Under the pieces are notes generated by a model. It was not told where the DNA came from and made no database searches. It saw only the letters and a program-made list of their open reading frames with translations. Positions 55,537 to 63,277 of a DNA stretch of 64,000 bases are shown one piece after another. Within the stretch, counting starts at the first letter, position 1. Each line of letters opens with the position of its first letter. Source of the DNA: a virus (taxonomy: Duplodnaviria; Caudoviricetes); IMG/VR virus record IMGVR_UViG_2706795384_000001, positions 7,201 through 71,200 of that record. One strand, 5' to 3'. Both the position numbers and the translations under genes were made by a program.

Positions 55537-56095
55537 AACCACCATAACGGTGATAGGCAATCTGACGAACGATCCCGAATTACGGTTCACGCCGTCCGGC
55601 AGCCCGGTGGCCAACTTCACCATTGCCAGCACCCCGCGCACGTTCGACCGGCAGAGCAACGAGTGGAAGGACGGGGAAACCCTGTTTTTGCGCGCGAGTA
55701 TCTGGCGCGACCCCGCGGAGAACGTGGCAGAGTCCCTGACCAAGGGCATGCGCGTGATTGTGTCCGGGCGGCTCAAGTCCCGCAGCTACGAGACCAAGGA
55801 AGGCGAAAAGCGCACGGTCATTGAGCTTGAGGTGGACGAAATTGGCCCGTCTTTGCGCTATGCCAACGCCAAGGTGAACCGGACCCAGCGCAACAACAAC
55901 GGCGGCGGTGGGTTTGGTGGCGGTAATCAGGGCGGCGGGGCCAGCCAGGGCGGCGGCAATGGATACAATCAGGGTGGCGGTTTTGGTGGCGGTGCAAGTT
56001 CCGCGCCGGCCAATGCGGACGACCCGTGGGCTACCCCGGGCGTGAGCAATGCTGGCGGCTGGGGTAACGGCCCCGATTCCGAACCGCCGTTTTAG
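55526..56095 (+). CDS. ssb: Single-stranded DNA-binding protein
   Basis: [16 protein letters not shown]; Gly-rich tail; terminal EPPF. Confidence 0.96.
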   Translation: MAGETTITVIGNLTNDPELRFTPSGSPVANFTIASTPRTFDRQSNEWKDGETLFLRASIWRDPAENVAESLTKGMRVIVSGRLKSRSYETKEGEKRTVIELEVDEIGPSLRYANAKVNRTQRNNNGGGGFGGGNQGGGASQGGGNGYNQGGGFGGGASSAPANADDPWATPGVSNAGGWGNGPDSEPPF

Positions 56096-56237
56096 CTTCC
56101 AGTTGGTCCGGTTAGGTGCGTTTAGTGTGTGAGCGGAATTAGTACGCCGTGGACCACTCTAAAGATGATGTAGACGTTGCCAGCGATCCGGTAGCCAACG
56201 GGTGAAGGTGGAGGGCGTAGGGCGTTACGTTGGAAGC
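56095..56237 (+). ncRNA. Candidate structured RNA between ssb and its terminator
   Basis: About 150 nt non-coding; GCTTCCA/TGGAAGC closure, TGGTCC/GGACCA and CGTTG/CAACG stems. Confidence 0.3.
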
Positions 56238-56247
56238 CTTACGGGAT

Positions 56248-56279
56248 AGCCCCGGCGCACGCTCGCGCCGGGGCTTTTT
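56248..56279 (+). terminator. Intrinsic terminator
   Basis: AGCCCCGGCGC-ACGCTC-GCGCCGGGGCT-TTTT. Confidence 0.88.
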
Positions 56280-56290
56280 CGTGCCCTCAC

Positions 56291-56320
56291 TTGCGTAGCT
56301 ATGTAGTGAGGTGCTACATT
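56291..56320 (+). promoter_or_regulatory. Sigma-A-like promoter (TTGCGT-N18-TACATT) with palindrome TGTAG-N7-CTACA (56302-56318)
   Basis: Near-identical to promoter at 21227-21256 (minus strand). Confidence 0.78.
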
Positions 56321-56361
56321 CTTTCTAACGCAGTAACCCGCCACAGCAAAGGACCAGGAAC

Positions 56362-56586
56362 ATGGACGCAGAACTCAAGAACTCAATCGAACAGACCGCA
56401 ACCCGCCACGCAAATGAGGCGGCGCGGTTGCTGGACGAACTCGCGACCCACGCCACGCGCCTTGCCGAGCAAGTCCGACGCAGCCCCCGCAGCGGCTACA
56501 CGGCGGACGGCCTCAACGCCGAGGTTGCCGCGATCATGGCCCGTCTTGCCAAGGCCGACGCTTTGGTCACACTCACTGAACGCTAA
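56362..56586 (+). CDS. Small helical early protein
   Basis: RBS AAAGGA. Confidence 0.7.
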   Translation: MDAELKNSIEQTATRHANEAARLLDELATHATRLAEQVRRSPRSGYTADGLNAEVAAIMARLAKADALVTLTER

Positions 56587-56618
56587 ACCCCACCCCGCCA
56601 CAGCTAAGGAACCCCGAA

Positions 56619-58217
56619 ATGACCGCCACAGCTTACAAGTACGTTTCCACCGTCGAACCCACCTATGGCACCCGCACCGTGACCAACACCGAGACGGGCC
56701 ACGTCGTTACTGACGGCGATTTCGTGACCGTTGGCAAGGCCAAGACCGAATGGCGCGTTTGCTACCTCTACACAGACGGGCGCGTCCAGCTTGAACGGCA
56801 AGCCCAAAGCCCCAAGCGTGGCATGACCCGCCGCTTTGACCACATGGACAACCTCACGGTGGTTTACACCACCCGCAAGGCCGTAGAGGCCGACGACGAA
56901 CCCACGGTGGACGTTCACGTCTTTGCCAAGGGTGACCGTTTGTTCCACAACACAAGCCCGGTTATCTACACCGTGACCAAGGTGACCGCCCGGAAGGTGC
57001 ACACCGAAAGCCCCAGCGGCCTCAAGGTGGTGTTCGACGCGCAACACGACTCTTTGACCCCGGCCCCGGAACTGATCCCGGACACCACCCCGGCGTTGCC
57101 CGTCGTCAAGTCCGTTGTCCGTGAAATCACTTACTACGGCGCCCGGTGCATCAACACCACCACCCACCATGACAAGTCCGCCACGGGGCTGCGCACGGTT
57201 CGCATGGAATGGCTGGACAACGCAGACCCAAAGAACGGCGGCTGGGAAGCGGGAACCGTCACGGAAAAGCTGATAAAGGGCGACGCGTGGAGGAACCCCG
57301 CAAAGTTCGTGGAGCTTGTCCCGGAACACGTCATTGGTGGCTTTGGGGAAGAACTGGAACCCGCCCCGGGAAGCGAGGAAGCCGTGCGCAAGGCCGTGGC
57401 CGATGCCAAGGAAGACGCCGCGCTACTCGCGGACGTTCCCGCCCCCAAGCTGTCCAAAAAGAACCAAGCCCGTTATGACGAATGGGCGGCGCGTGTTGAG
57501 GGTGAGGGCTTCCACGTTGGGCAAGAGGTCATGGCCACCCGCGTGGAGACTGACGCCCGGGATTACGTCACCCGCCAATGGGAGGAACCCGCGGTTATCA
57601 CTGAGGTGCGAGCTTTTGACGCCGTGGTGAGGTTTGCGGACGGTTCCCACGGAAGTTCCGGCATTGGGGTGCGCGTCTTGGACGAAAGCGCCACCGCCGC
57701 TGACGGGTGGCCTACGGTTGCCGTCCTTGCGGAAACCATGGTGGGCATGGTTGGTATGGGCGAGGCTGTGGACTTGGAGGACGCCGCGGATGCCGCCGAC
57801 GATCTGTTCCCGGACGTACCCGCGGACGAAACCGAGCGTGCCGCGTACCACGCCCGGGCGGAAGCGATCATGAACGAGGCCATGGACGTTGCAAGGGCTG
57901 CGCTTGACGGCGACACCCCCACGCCGTTGCTGCACCCCAAGCGCGAGGTCTTCGACGTGAAGGCGTCCAAGGACGGCAAAGAGGTTGTGGAGGTGGTCAC
58001 GGTCTTGGGCAGCATTCACCGGGCGCGTTCTGTGGCTGACATGCTCGCGTGCAAGTACGGGTTCGGCCCGATTGCTTTGGAGTACCACACCAGCACCTTT
58101 GAAGCTCATTATGGGAAGGGTGGCGCGCTGGTTGAGATTGAGGACATGGACCCCGACGCCACGTTCGAGGTTGGCCCGTTTGATGAACAATTGACCGCTG
58201 AAATGGCGGCTGAGTAG
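56619..58217 (+). CDS. Large acidic multi-module early protein (several SH3/KOW-like units)
   Basis: 532 aa; VTDGDFVTV, FAKGDRLF, FHVGQEVMA segments. Confidence 0.75.
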   Translation: MTATAYKYVSTVEPTYGTRTVTNTETGHVVTDGDFVTVGKAKTEWRVCYLYTDGRVQLERQAQSPKRGMTRRFDHMDNLTVVYTTRKAVEADDEPTVDVHVFAKGDRLFHNTSPVIYTVTKVTARKVHTESPSGLKVVFDAQHDSLTPAPELIPDTTPALPVVKSVVREITYYGARCINTTTHHDKSATGLRTVRMEWLDNADPKNGGWEAGTVTEKLIKGDAWRNPAKFVELVPEHVIGGFGEELEPAPGSEEAVRKAVADAKEDAALLADVPAPKLSKKNQARYDEWAARVEGEGFHVGQEVMATRVETDARDYVTRQWEEPAVITEVRAFDAVVRFADGSHGSSGIGVRVLDESATAADGWPTVAVLAETMVGMVGMGEAVDLEDAADAADDLFPDVPADETERAAYHARAEAIMNEAMDVARAALDGDTPTPLLHPKREVFDVKASKDGKEVVEVVTVLGSIHRARSVADMLACKYGFGPIALEYHTSTFEAHYGKGGALVEIEDMDPDATFEVGPFDEQLTAEMAAE

Positions 58218-58236
58218 ACCGCAGTAAACCGCAACA

Positions 58237-58261
58237 GCCACCCCTTGTGGGTGGCTTTTTG
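58237..58261 (+). terminator. Intrinsic terminator
   Basis: AGCCACCC-CTTGT-GGGTGGCT-TTTT. Confidence 0.8.
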
Positions 58262-58273
58262 CGTTCCCGGGAA

Positions 58274-58307
58274 AAACAGGCACGCGCCGCGAAACAATGA
58301 GGATATG
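58274..58307 (+). promoter_or_regulatory. AAACAGGCAC-box promoter 9 (-10 AACAAT), leaderless
   Basis: ATG 58305 at +31. Confidence 0.8.
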
Positions 58308-58547
58308 AAAGCTTACGAGTATCAGACGGTGAAAGTCCCCCGCGCTCCCAAGGCACGCAGCAAGGCGCTGACGGCCTACGGCCAGCAAGGGTGGGAAGTC
58401 ATGGAAACCAAGGACGCGTGGCAACACACGGTGACGGTGACCATGCGGCGATTGCTGCCCGACGCAGCCAAGCCAAAGCCCAAGCCCATTGGGCTGCTGC
58501 CGTCGCTCATAGCTTGGGCCATGAACCGCCACAACACTGCTAAGTAA
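58305..58547 (+). CDS. DUF4177-like protein
   Basis: YEYQTV...YGQQGWEV. Confidence 0.6.
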   Translation: MKAYEYQTVKVPRAPKARSKALTAYGQQGWEVMETKDAWQHTVTVTMRRLLPDAAKPKPKPIGLLPSLIAWAMNRHNTAK

Positions 58548-58558
58548 AGGAACCCGTT

Positions 58559-59674
58559 TTGAAACTCACCATTGATTCCAGCGCGCTGAACGACGCCGTG
58601 GCGTTCGCTTCCCGTGCTGTGAACCCCCGCCATGCCGTGCCGACGTTGACGGGGCTTGTCCTTGAAGCTGCTGGCGGGGTTCTGTCCGTGCGAGGCTTTG
58701 ACCAGACCAAGGCCAACGCCATTGACGTGGCCGCGGACATTGAGGTGGACGGCAAGGCGCTGTTGCCCGGGGCGGTGCTGGCCAACATGCTCAAGGCGCT
58801 GCCGAACAGCAAGCCGCTTGACCTGGAGGTGGCCGAACGCGCCACGCTCAAGGTGGGCAAAGCCAAATACACCACCCCGGTCATGCCCATGGGCGACTAC
58901 CCCACTTTGCCGGGGCTGCCCCAGCGCCTTGGGTTCGTGGAATCGGACGCTTTCGCCCGGGCTGTGGGCCAAGTGGCGCACGCTGCCGGACGAAACACGA
59001 CGCCGGAAATCCTGAACGGCATCAAGGTGGAGGTCCGGGGCGACACGCTGGCGTTGCTGGCAACTGACCGTTACCGCATGGCCTACGCAGAAATGCCGTT
59101 CCAGCGCTACGCGGACACCCCATATGACGCTGATTTCCTTGTGCTGGCTGACGTGCTGGTGGGTGCTGCCCGGGCTGGCAGCGGCAACATGGACGTGCTG
59201 GGTTCGGAAGCCCGAATTGGGTTCGTGTCAGCCACGAGGACCAGCACCGCCAACGTCATGGGCGGCGACTACCCGCCAATTCGAAACCTGTTCCCGGAAG
59301 ACCACATGATTGCCAACCGGGCCACCGTGGACGTTGATAGCTTGCTTGGTGCGGTGACTCGTGCCGCCGTCGTCGTGGACGGGCAAAACCCCATCCGGCT
59401 GACGTTCCACCCGGGGGAAATAATCGTGGACGCTGGCCGCGCTGACTCCAACGCTGGCGAGGAAGCGGTGGAGGCGTGGCACGACTTCGAGACCGTAACG
59501 GCTGCCGGGTTCAATCCCACGTACCTGGCGGACGCGCTGCGTGCCCTGACCACCCCACAAGCGGCTTTCACGTTCCACGCGTCCACCACCCAAAAGCCAG
59601 TTGGCCTCAACGAGACGGGCGACGTGCTGACGGCAAAGCAACTGCTTATGCCCATGCGTATTACCAGCGTCTAG
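58559..59674 (+). CDS. dnaN: DNA polymerase III beta sliding clamp homologue
   Basis: 371 aa; LTGLVLE, GDYPTLP, ATDRYRMA, GDYPP, FNPTYLADAL, LLMPMR. Confidence 0.92.
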   Translation: MKLTIDSSALNDAVAFASRAVNPRHAVPTLTGLVLEAAGGVLSVRGFDQTKANAIDVAADIEVDGKALLPGAVLANMLKALPNSKPLDLEVAERATLKVGKAKYTTPVMPMGDYPTLPGLPQRLGFVESDAFARAVGQVAHAAGRNTTPEILNGIKVEVRGDTLALLATDRYRMAYAEMPFQRYADTPYDADFLVLADVLVGAARAGSGNMDVLGSEARIGFVSATRTSTANVMGGDYPPIRNLFPEDHMIANRATVDVDSLLGAVTRAAVVVDGQNPIRLTFHPGEIIVDAGRADSNAGEEAVEAWHDFETVTAAGFNPTYLADALRALTTPQAAFTFHASTTQKPVGLNETGDVLTAKQLLMPMRITSV

Positions 59675-59727
59675 GCGTGTTAATCTAAGAGTCCTTCCTG
59701 CGTCGGGTTGCGAGGGGTCATAGAGGG

Positions 59728-59759
59728 AACCGGGGTTATGCAAATGCCCCGGTTTTTTC
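59728..59759 (+). terminator. Intrinsic terminator
   Basis: AACCGGGG...CCCCGGTT-TTTT. Confidence 0.7.
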
Positions 59760-59767
59760 TTGCCCAA

Positions 59768-59800
59768 AAACAGGCACGCCGGCCGATAGTTTGGGAATTG
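59768..59800 (+). promoter_or_regulatory. AAACAGGCAC-box promoter 10 (-10 TAGTTT)
   Basis: Same box-to--10 spacing. Confidence 0.78.
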
Positions 59801-59830
59801 GAAGCACTTCCCACCGACGAAAGAGGATCC

Positions 59831-60253
59831 ATGATTCCCGTAGACCAAACCATTTTGCACACTGAGGAAACGGTGGGTAACTGCTGGCAAGCGTGCATTG
59901 CATCGTTGCTGGAACTGCCCATTGAGGACGTGCCCCACTTCATCTTGCACGAGGACTGGTGGGAAGCCACCAAGGCGTTCGTGTCCGTGCACAAGCCGGG
60001 TTGGACCATTGAGCATTACCCCACTGTTTTTCCGGCCTACCAGGACCCGGACCACCCGGAAGCCCCCACCCATGTGATTGGGTCCGGCCAGTCCCCGCGC
60101 GGCGACTTCCTGCATGCTGCGATTGTTGACGCCGTAACTGGTGAGCTCGCGCACGACCCGCACCCGTCCCGGGCCGGTTTTGTGGGCGAAATGGACGGCA
60201 TGTTCGCGCTCATTGCCAAGCCCGTGACCGAGTACGTGGAGGCAGCCAAGTGA
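59831..60253 (+). CDS. Hypothetical protein (GNCWQACIASLL...HDPHPSRAG)
   Basis: RBS GAAAGAGG. Confidence 0.7.
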   Translation: MIPVDQTILHTEETVGNCWQACIASLLELPIEDVPHFILHEDWWEATKAFVSVHKPGWTIEHYPTVFPAYQDPDHPEAPTHVIGSGQSPRGDFLHAAIVDAVTGELAHDPHPSRAGFVGEMDGMFALIAKPVTEYVEAAK

Positions 60254-60597
60254 GCTACGACATTTCAATGGAAAAGCCCCCCGCTGAGGGCTGCTGCGCA
60301 TGCCACGGTGGAAGCTACGAGGAAGTGGGGAACATGACCCGCAACGTGTCACCGTTGTGGCGGCACGCCGCCCCGCAGACTGATGGGCTGGCCGGTATTG
60401 GCGGCAAGACAGGTGGCGAGTTCGCCGCGTATCTGCGCACGGGCTTGGAACACATGAAAGCCCACCGGGCCGAGTATGAGCCGCTGGTGCGCGGCGACGG
60501 GACGTGGGGGAACTACACCAACGCCGTGGAATACATGACCAAGGTGGTGGAAGCCGCCGAGGCGAACCCAACGGCACGGTTCCGCGTGTGGTACTGA
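60250..60597 (+). CDS. Hypothetical protein
   Basis: GTGA coupling. Confidence 0.7.
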   Translation: MSYDISMEKPPAEGCCACHGGSYEEVGNMTRNVSPLWRHAAPQTDGLAGIGGKTGGEFAAYLRTGLEHMKAHRAEYEPLVRGDGTWGNYTNAVEYMTKVVEAAEANPTARFRVWY

Positions 60598-60605
60598 GTC
60601 CCGAA

Positions 60606-60637
60606 AAACAGGCACGGCGCGTGTCACGCTTGAAATA
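60606..60637 (+). promoter_or_regulatory. AAACAGGCAC-box promoter 11 (-10 CACGCT)
   Basis: Same spacing; intergenic. Confidence 0.78.
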
Positions 60638-60670
60638 AGAACACCCCGGCCACAAAGAAAGACCCACACC

Positions 60671-61045
60671 ATGGATTTGCTCACTATCTGGTTCTACGTT
60701 TTCCCCTTCATTTCCATTTTCGCGTGCATCAACCTGGCGCTCATTGTCGTTTGGATGTGGTTTCCGCGACCCAACGCCGTGGACGCCGCACGCAAGGCCG
60801 GTTTCCGCGACGGCTACAGCACCGGGCACAAGGACGGCGTGAATGAGGGCTACAGGGCCGGGGCTGAGGACAACCACCTTGAGGAAGCGCACTTTATCAA
60901 GTGCCCTGAATGTGACCACGCAATCCACATTCCCACCGTGCTGCATGTTGAGGGCGAGGGCGAGAACCAGCTAATTGGGTGCACCGTGGACACCACCGAA
61001 CTGTGGCTGCACCTTGAGGGCCACGAGACCGCCAAGCGTGGCTAA
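60671..61045 (+). CDS. Membrane-anchored protein
   Basis: N-terminal TM; G[F/Y]xxG repeats; CPEC. Confidence 0.65.
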   Translation: MDLLTIWFYVFPFISIFACINLALIVVWMWFPRPNAVDAARKAGFRDGYSTGHKDGVNEGYRAGAEDNHLEEAHFIKCPECDHAIHIPTVLHVEGEGENQLIGCTVDTTELWLHLEGHETAKRG

Positions 61046-61178
61046 TCCCAAGCCAAGGCCGCTGGCGATCCCGCCGGGGCCGATCACCGAACCGAGCTAC
61101 TGCCCCCGCTGTGGGCAGGGCTACATACTGCAACAGTTTGCCGACGAATGCCCCTGCAGGGAGGAACCCAAGCCGTGA
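61038..61178 (+). CDS. Small Cys-containing protein
   Basis: GTG coupling. Confidence 0.4.
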   Translation: MANPKPRPLAIPPGPITEPSYCPRCGQGYILQQFADECPCREEPKP

Positions 61179-61318
61179 GAATCACCTACGCAAGCACCAA
61201 CGACGACTTGAAGTTCCTCACCAACTTGGGTGTTCCGCTGGAAGACGTAGCCCACCGCATGGGACGCAGTGAGGACGCCGTCCAAGCCATGCTGACCAAA
61301 GACGAACCGGAAGACTGA
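61175..61318 (+). CDS. 47-aa HTH-like protein (not in ORF track)
   Basis: LGVPLEDVAHRMGRSEDAVQAML; RBS GGAGG. Confidence 0.55.
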   Translation: MRITYASTNDDLKFLTNLGVPLEDVAHRMGRSEDAVQAMLTKDEPED

Positions 61319-61320
61319 GA

Positions 61321-61617
61321 ATGCCACAGAATTGGAGTCCTGAAACCCTCAAGCTGCGTGCTGAGGCTGGACAGGCCATTGATAAGCTCGCGCGCTCCAT
61401 GCACAACGACCGCCGGGAATGGGGATACCAAGACAGTTGGACCGATGAACAGCGGGAAAAGGCCAAGCTAGACAACCAGCAACCCACCGCGTGGGTGGCC
61501 ATGGTCCAATATCAGGGGTTCACCGATCCTGAGGAAAGCGTCCAGGTGCATGCCACGTCAGGCGCCACCCCGGCCACTATCCGGGGCTTGGCTGAACACC
61601 TGACCGAGATTTACTAA
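61321..61617 (+). CDS. Hypothetical protein
   Basis: Coupled ORF. Confidence 0.65.
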   Translation: MPQNWSPETLKLRAEAGQAIDKLARSMHNDRREWGYQDSWTDEQREKAKLDNQQPTAWVAMVQYQGFTDPEESVQVHATSGATPATIRGLAEHLTEIY

Positions 61618-61652
61618 CCGCCACAACCCGCACACGAAAAGGAACCACGGAC

Positions 61653-62234
61653 ATGGGCAAAATTACTGAGTTCTTCCGCACGCTGTGGCACGGCAGCCCC
61701 CAGCCGCGTCTTGAAATGCCGGACCCAGACGGGAAGATCACCCGCAGCGAGGCACAACAGGCCATGGAAGTGGCGCGGCAGATGATGAACCCCAGCGAGG
61801 CCAGCAAGCGCGCTGACTATGAGATTGCCGTGCAAACGTTCATCCGTTATTGGACGGGCTTGGATGCCGTCAGCAACGGCTTGGGCTTTGGTCCTCAGTC
61901 GCCCACGCTCATTCAGGAGTTCATGCGCGGGTTCGTGAAGAACTGGACATGGATAACGGGCAACGCGGCTGACCTTGCGGACTACCCGGAAGTCATGGCC
62001 CCCACGTTTTACCAGGTCCCGGCGGCGGCGCCCGTCCGGTACGGCGACATTGTGGTGTTCAAACGGGACGCGCTCCACCCGCATGGCAACGTTGGAATTG
62101 TGGCCAAGACCCCCATTATTGATGGATACGTGAACGTATTCACGCAGACCTACACAGACGGGTGCCGGGTGGTTCTTGAACCGGCGAACCTTGCCGCGAT
62201 CTACAGGAAGAACCATGCTGCGGAAGTTCACTAG
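61653..62234 (+). CDS. CHAP-like protein lacking catalytic Cys/His
   Basis: GPQSPTL, RYGDIVVF, PHGNVGIV, VFTQ align by eye with the two active CHAP domains. Confidence 0.6.
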   Translation: MGKITEFFRTLWHGSPQPRLEMPDPDGKITRSEAQQAMEVARQMMNPSEASKRADYEIAVQTFIRYWTGLDAVSNGLGFGPQSPTLIQEFMRGFVKNWTWITGNAADLADYPEVMAPTFYQVPAAAPVRYGDIVVFKRDALHPHGNVGIVAKTPIIDGYVNVFTQTYTDGCRVVLEPANLAAIYRKNHAAEVH

Positions 62235-62577
62235 AGCGGATTACCCCCTAGACCTTGCCAACCAAGCTATCTACGTCCAAGACCGCATAGAGGTGGAGGA
62301 CGGCCACCACATTTGGCAGCTTGGCATTCACAAGGTCTGGGGGTATCCGCGGGGCGGCGCCCCAGTGAATTACCGGACGGCGTACCGGCTGACGTGGGAG
62401 GTGGAACACGGGGTGCGGCTGCCGTCCGACGTCCTGATCCTGCCCACGTGCGAGCGTCCCGAATGCGTGAACCCGGCGCACATGGTCCGCAGCACATTGA
62501 ACCCCAACCAGTTGCCCAAGATCACCACCGCGAGGCGCGAGCGACTGACCGGCGATTCCGTTAAGATGGGTGTCTAG
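62215..62577 (+). CDS. Degenerate HNH-like protein
   Basis: AYRLTWEVEHG...ILPTCERPECVNPAHM. Confidence 0.6.
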   Translation: MLRKFTRADYPLDLANQAIYVQDRIEVEDGHHIWQLGIHKVWGYPRGGAPVNYRTAYRLTWEVEHGVRLPSDVLILPTCERPECVNPAHMVRSTLNPNQLPKITTARRERLTGDSVKMGV

Positions 62578-62617
62578 ACCCCCTATTGATATACCGAGAG
62601 CATGAATGGAAGGTGAC

Positions 62618-63277
62618 ATGAGGCGTGTTTGCCCCGCATGCTCCCGCCGAACGGCTGAACTGGTAGACCCAGATTGCGCCGTATGCCGGGGTGAAGGGTT
62701 CCTGATCCTTCACCCCGCAGCACTCACCATGTATGAACCCAGCGTTGTGGCTGAGGCCGTAGGCATGGCCCTTGAGAGTTCAGCCCGACGCATTGAGACC
62801 ACCACCACCCTTTCCGACAATCGCCGCGCCCACCTGGCTGTGAGCGTCACGGATTTGGTCACGGCTCGCATCATCCAAGAACCGGGCAGCGTCCCCGTTG
62901 ATGCCCCGGCCCCTGTTGCCCCGGCCCCGGCTGGCCGTCGTCGCCGCCGTAAGCACGAGTCAGCTAACCAACTCTCGTTTTGCACCCCGGACATTCTCGC
63001 GGAAGGTGCCACGCAGACGCCCACGGCCCCATATGATGCCGCCGTACTGGACGCCCCCAAGCACCGCTATGACAAGGACGACCGGCCCCTCATGCGTGGG
63101 CTGCCCTTGCTCTCTGCTGACGGGCACCCGTCCCACCTTGCCCGGATTGAGGATCCCCAAGACGCCTACGCGTCCACCAGCGAGGATTACCAGACCCGCA
63201 GCCGCCGCACCCGTCAGGCCAGCATTGTGGTGGCCGCTGTACCCCACGCCGTGGCAGAGAGGAACAGGACAGCATGA
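62618..63277 (+). CDS. Hypothetical protein with N-terminal zinc finger
   Basis: CPAC...CAVC; RBS GGAAGG. Confidence 0.7.
   Translation: MRRVCPACSRRTAELVDPDCAVCRGEGFLILHPAALTMYEPSVVAEAVGMALESSARRIETTTTLSDNRRAHLAVSVTDLVTARIIQEPGSVPVDAPAPVAPAPAGRRRRRKHESANQLSFCTPDILAEGATQTPTAPYDAAVLDAPKHRYDKDDRPLMRGLPLLSADGHPSHLARIEDPQDAYASTSEDYQTRSRRTRQASIVVAAVPHAVAERNRTA

Noticed and set aside
56096-56247. tRNA or tmRNA
   Set aside because: No cloverleaf, TTC-loop or CCA end found here or in other intergenic gaps.
59228-60946. 572-aa minus-strand ORF
   Set aside because: Antisense shadow of several well-formed plus-strand genes; no recognisable motifs; expected in high-GC DNA.
63128-63170. Fourth late-box copy (CCCGTCCCACC)
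   Set aside because: Inside a CDS, and the hexamer at the -10 offset (CAAGAC) lacks the final T.
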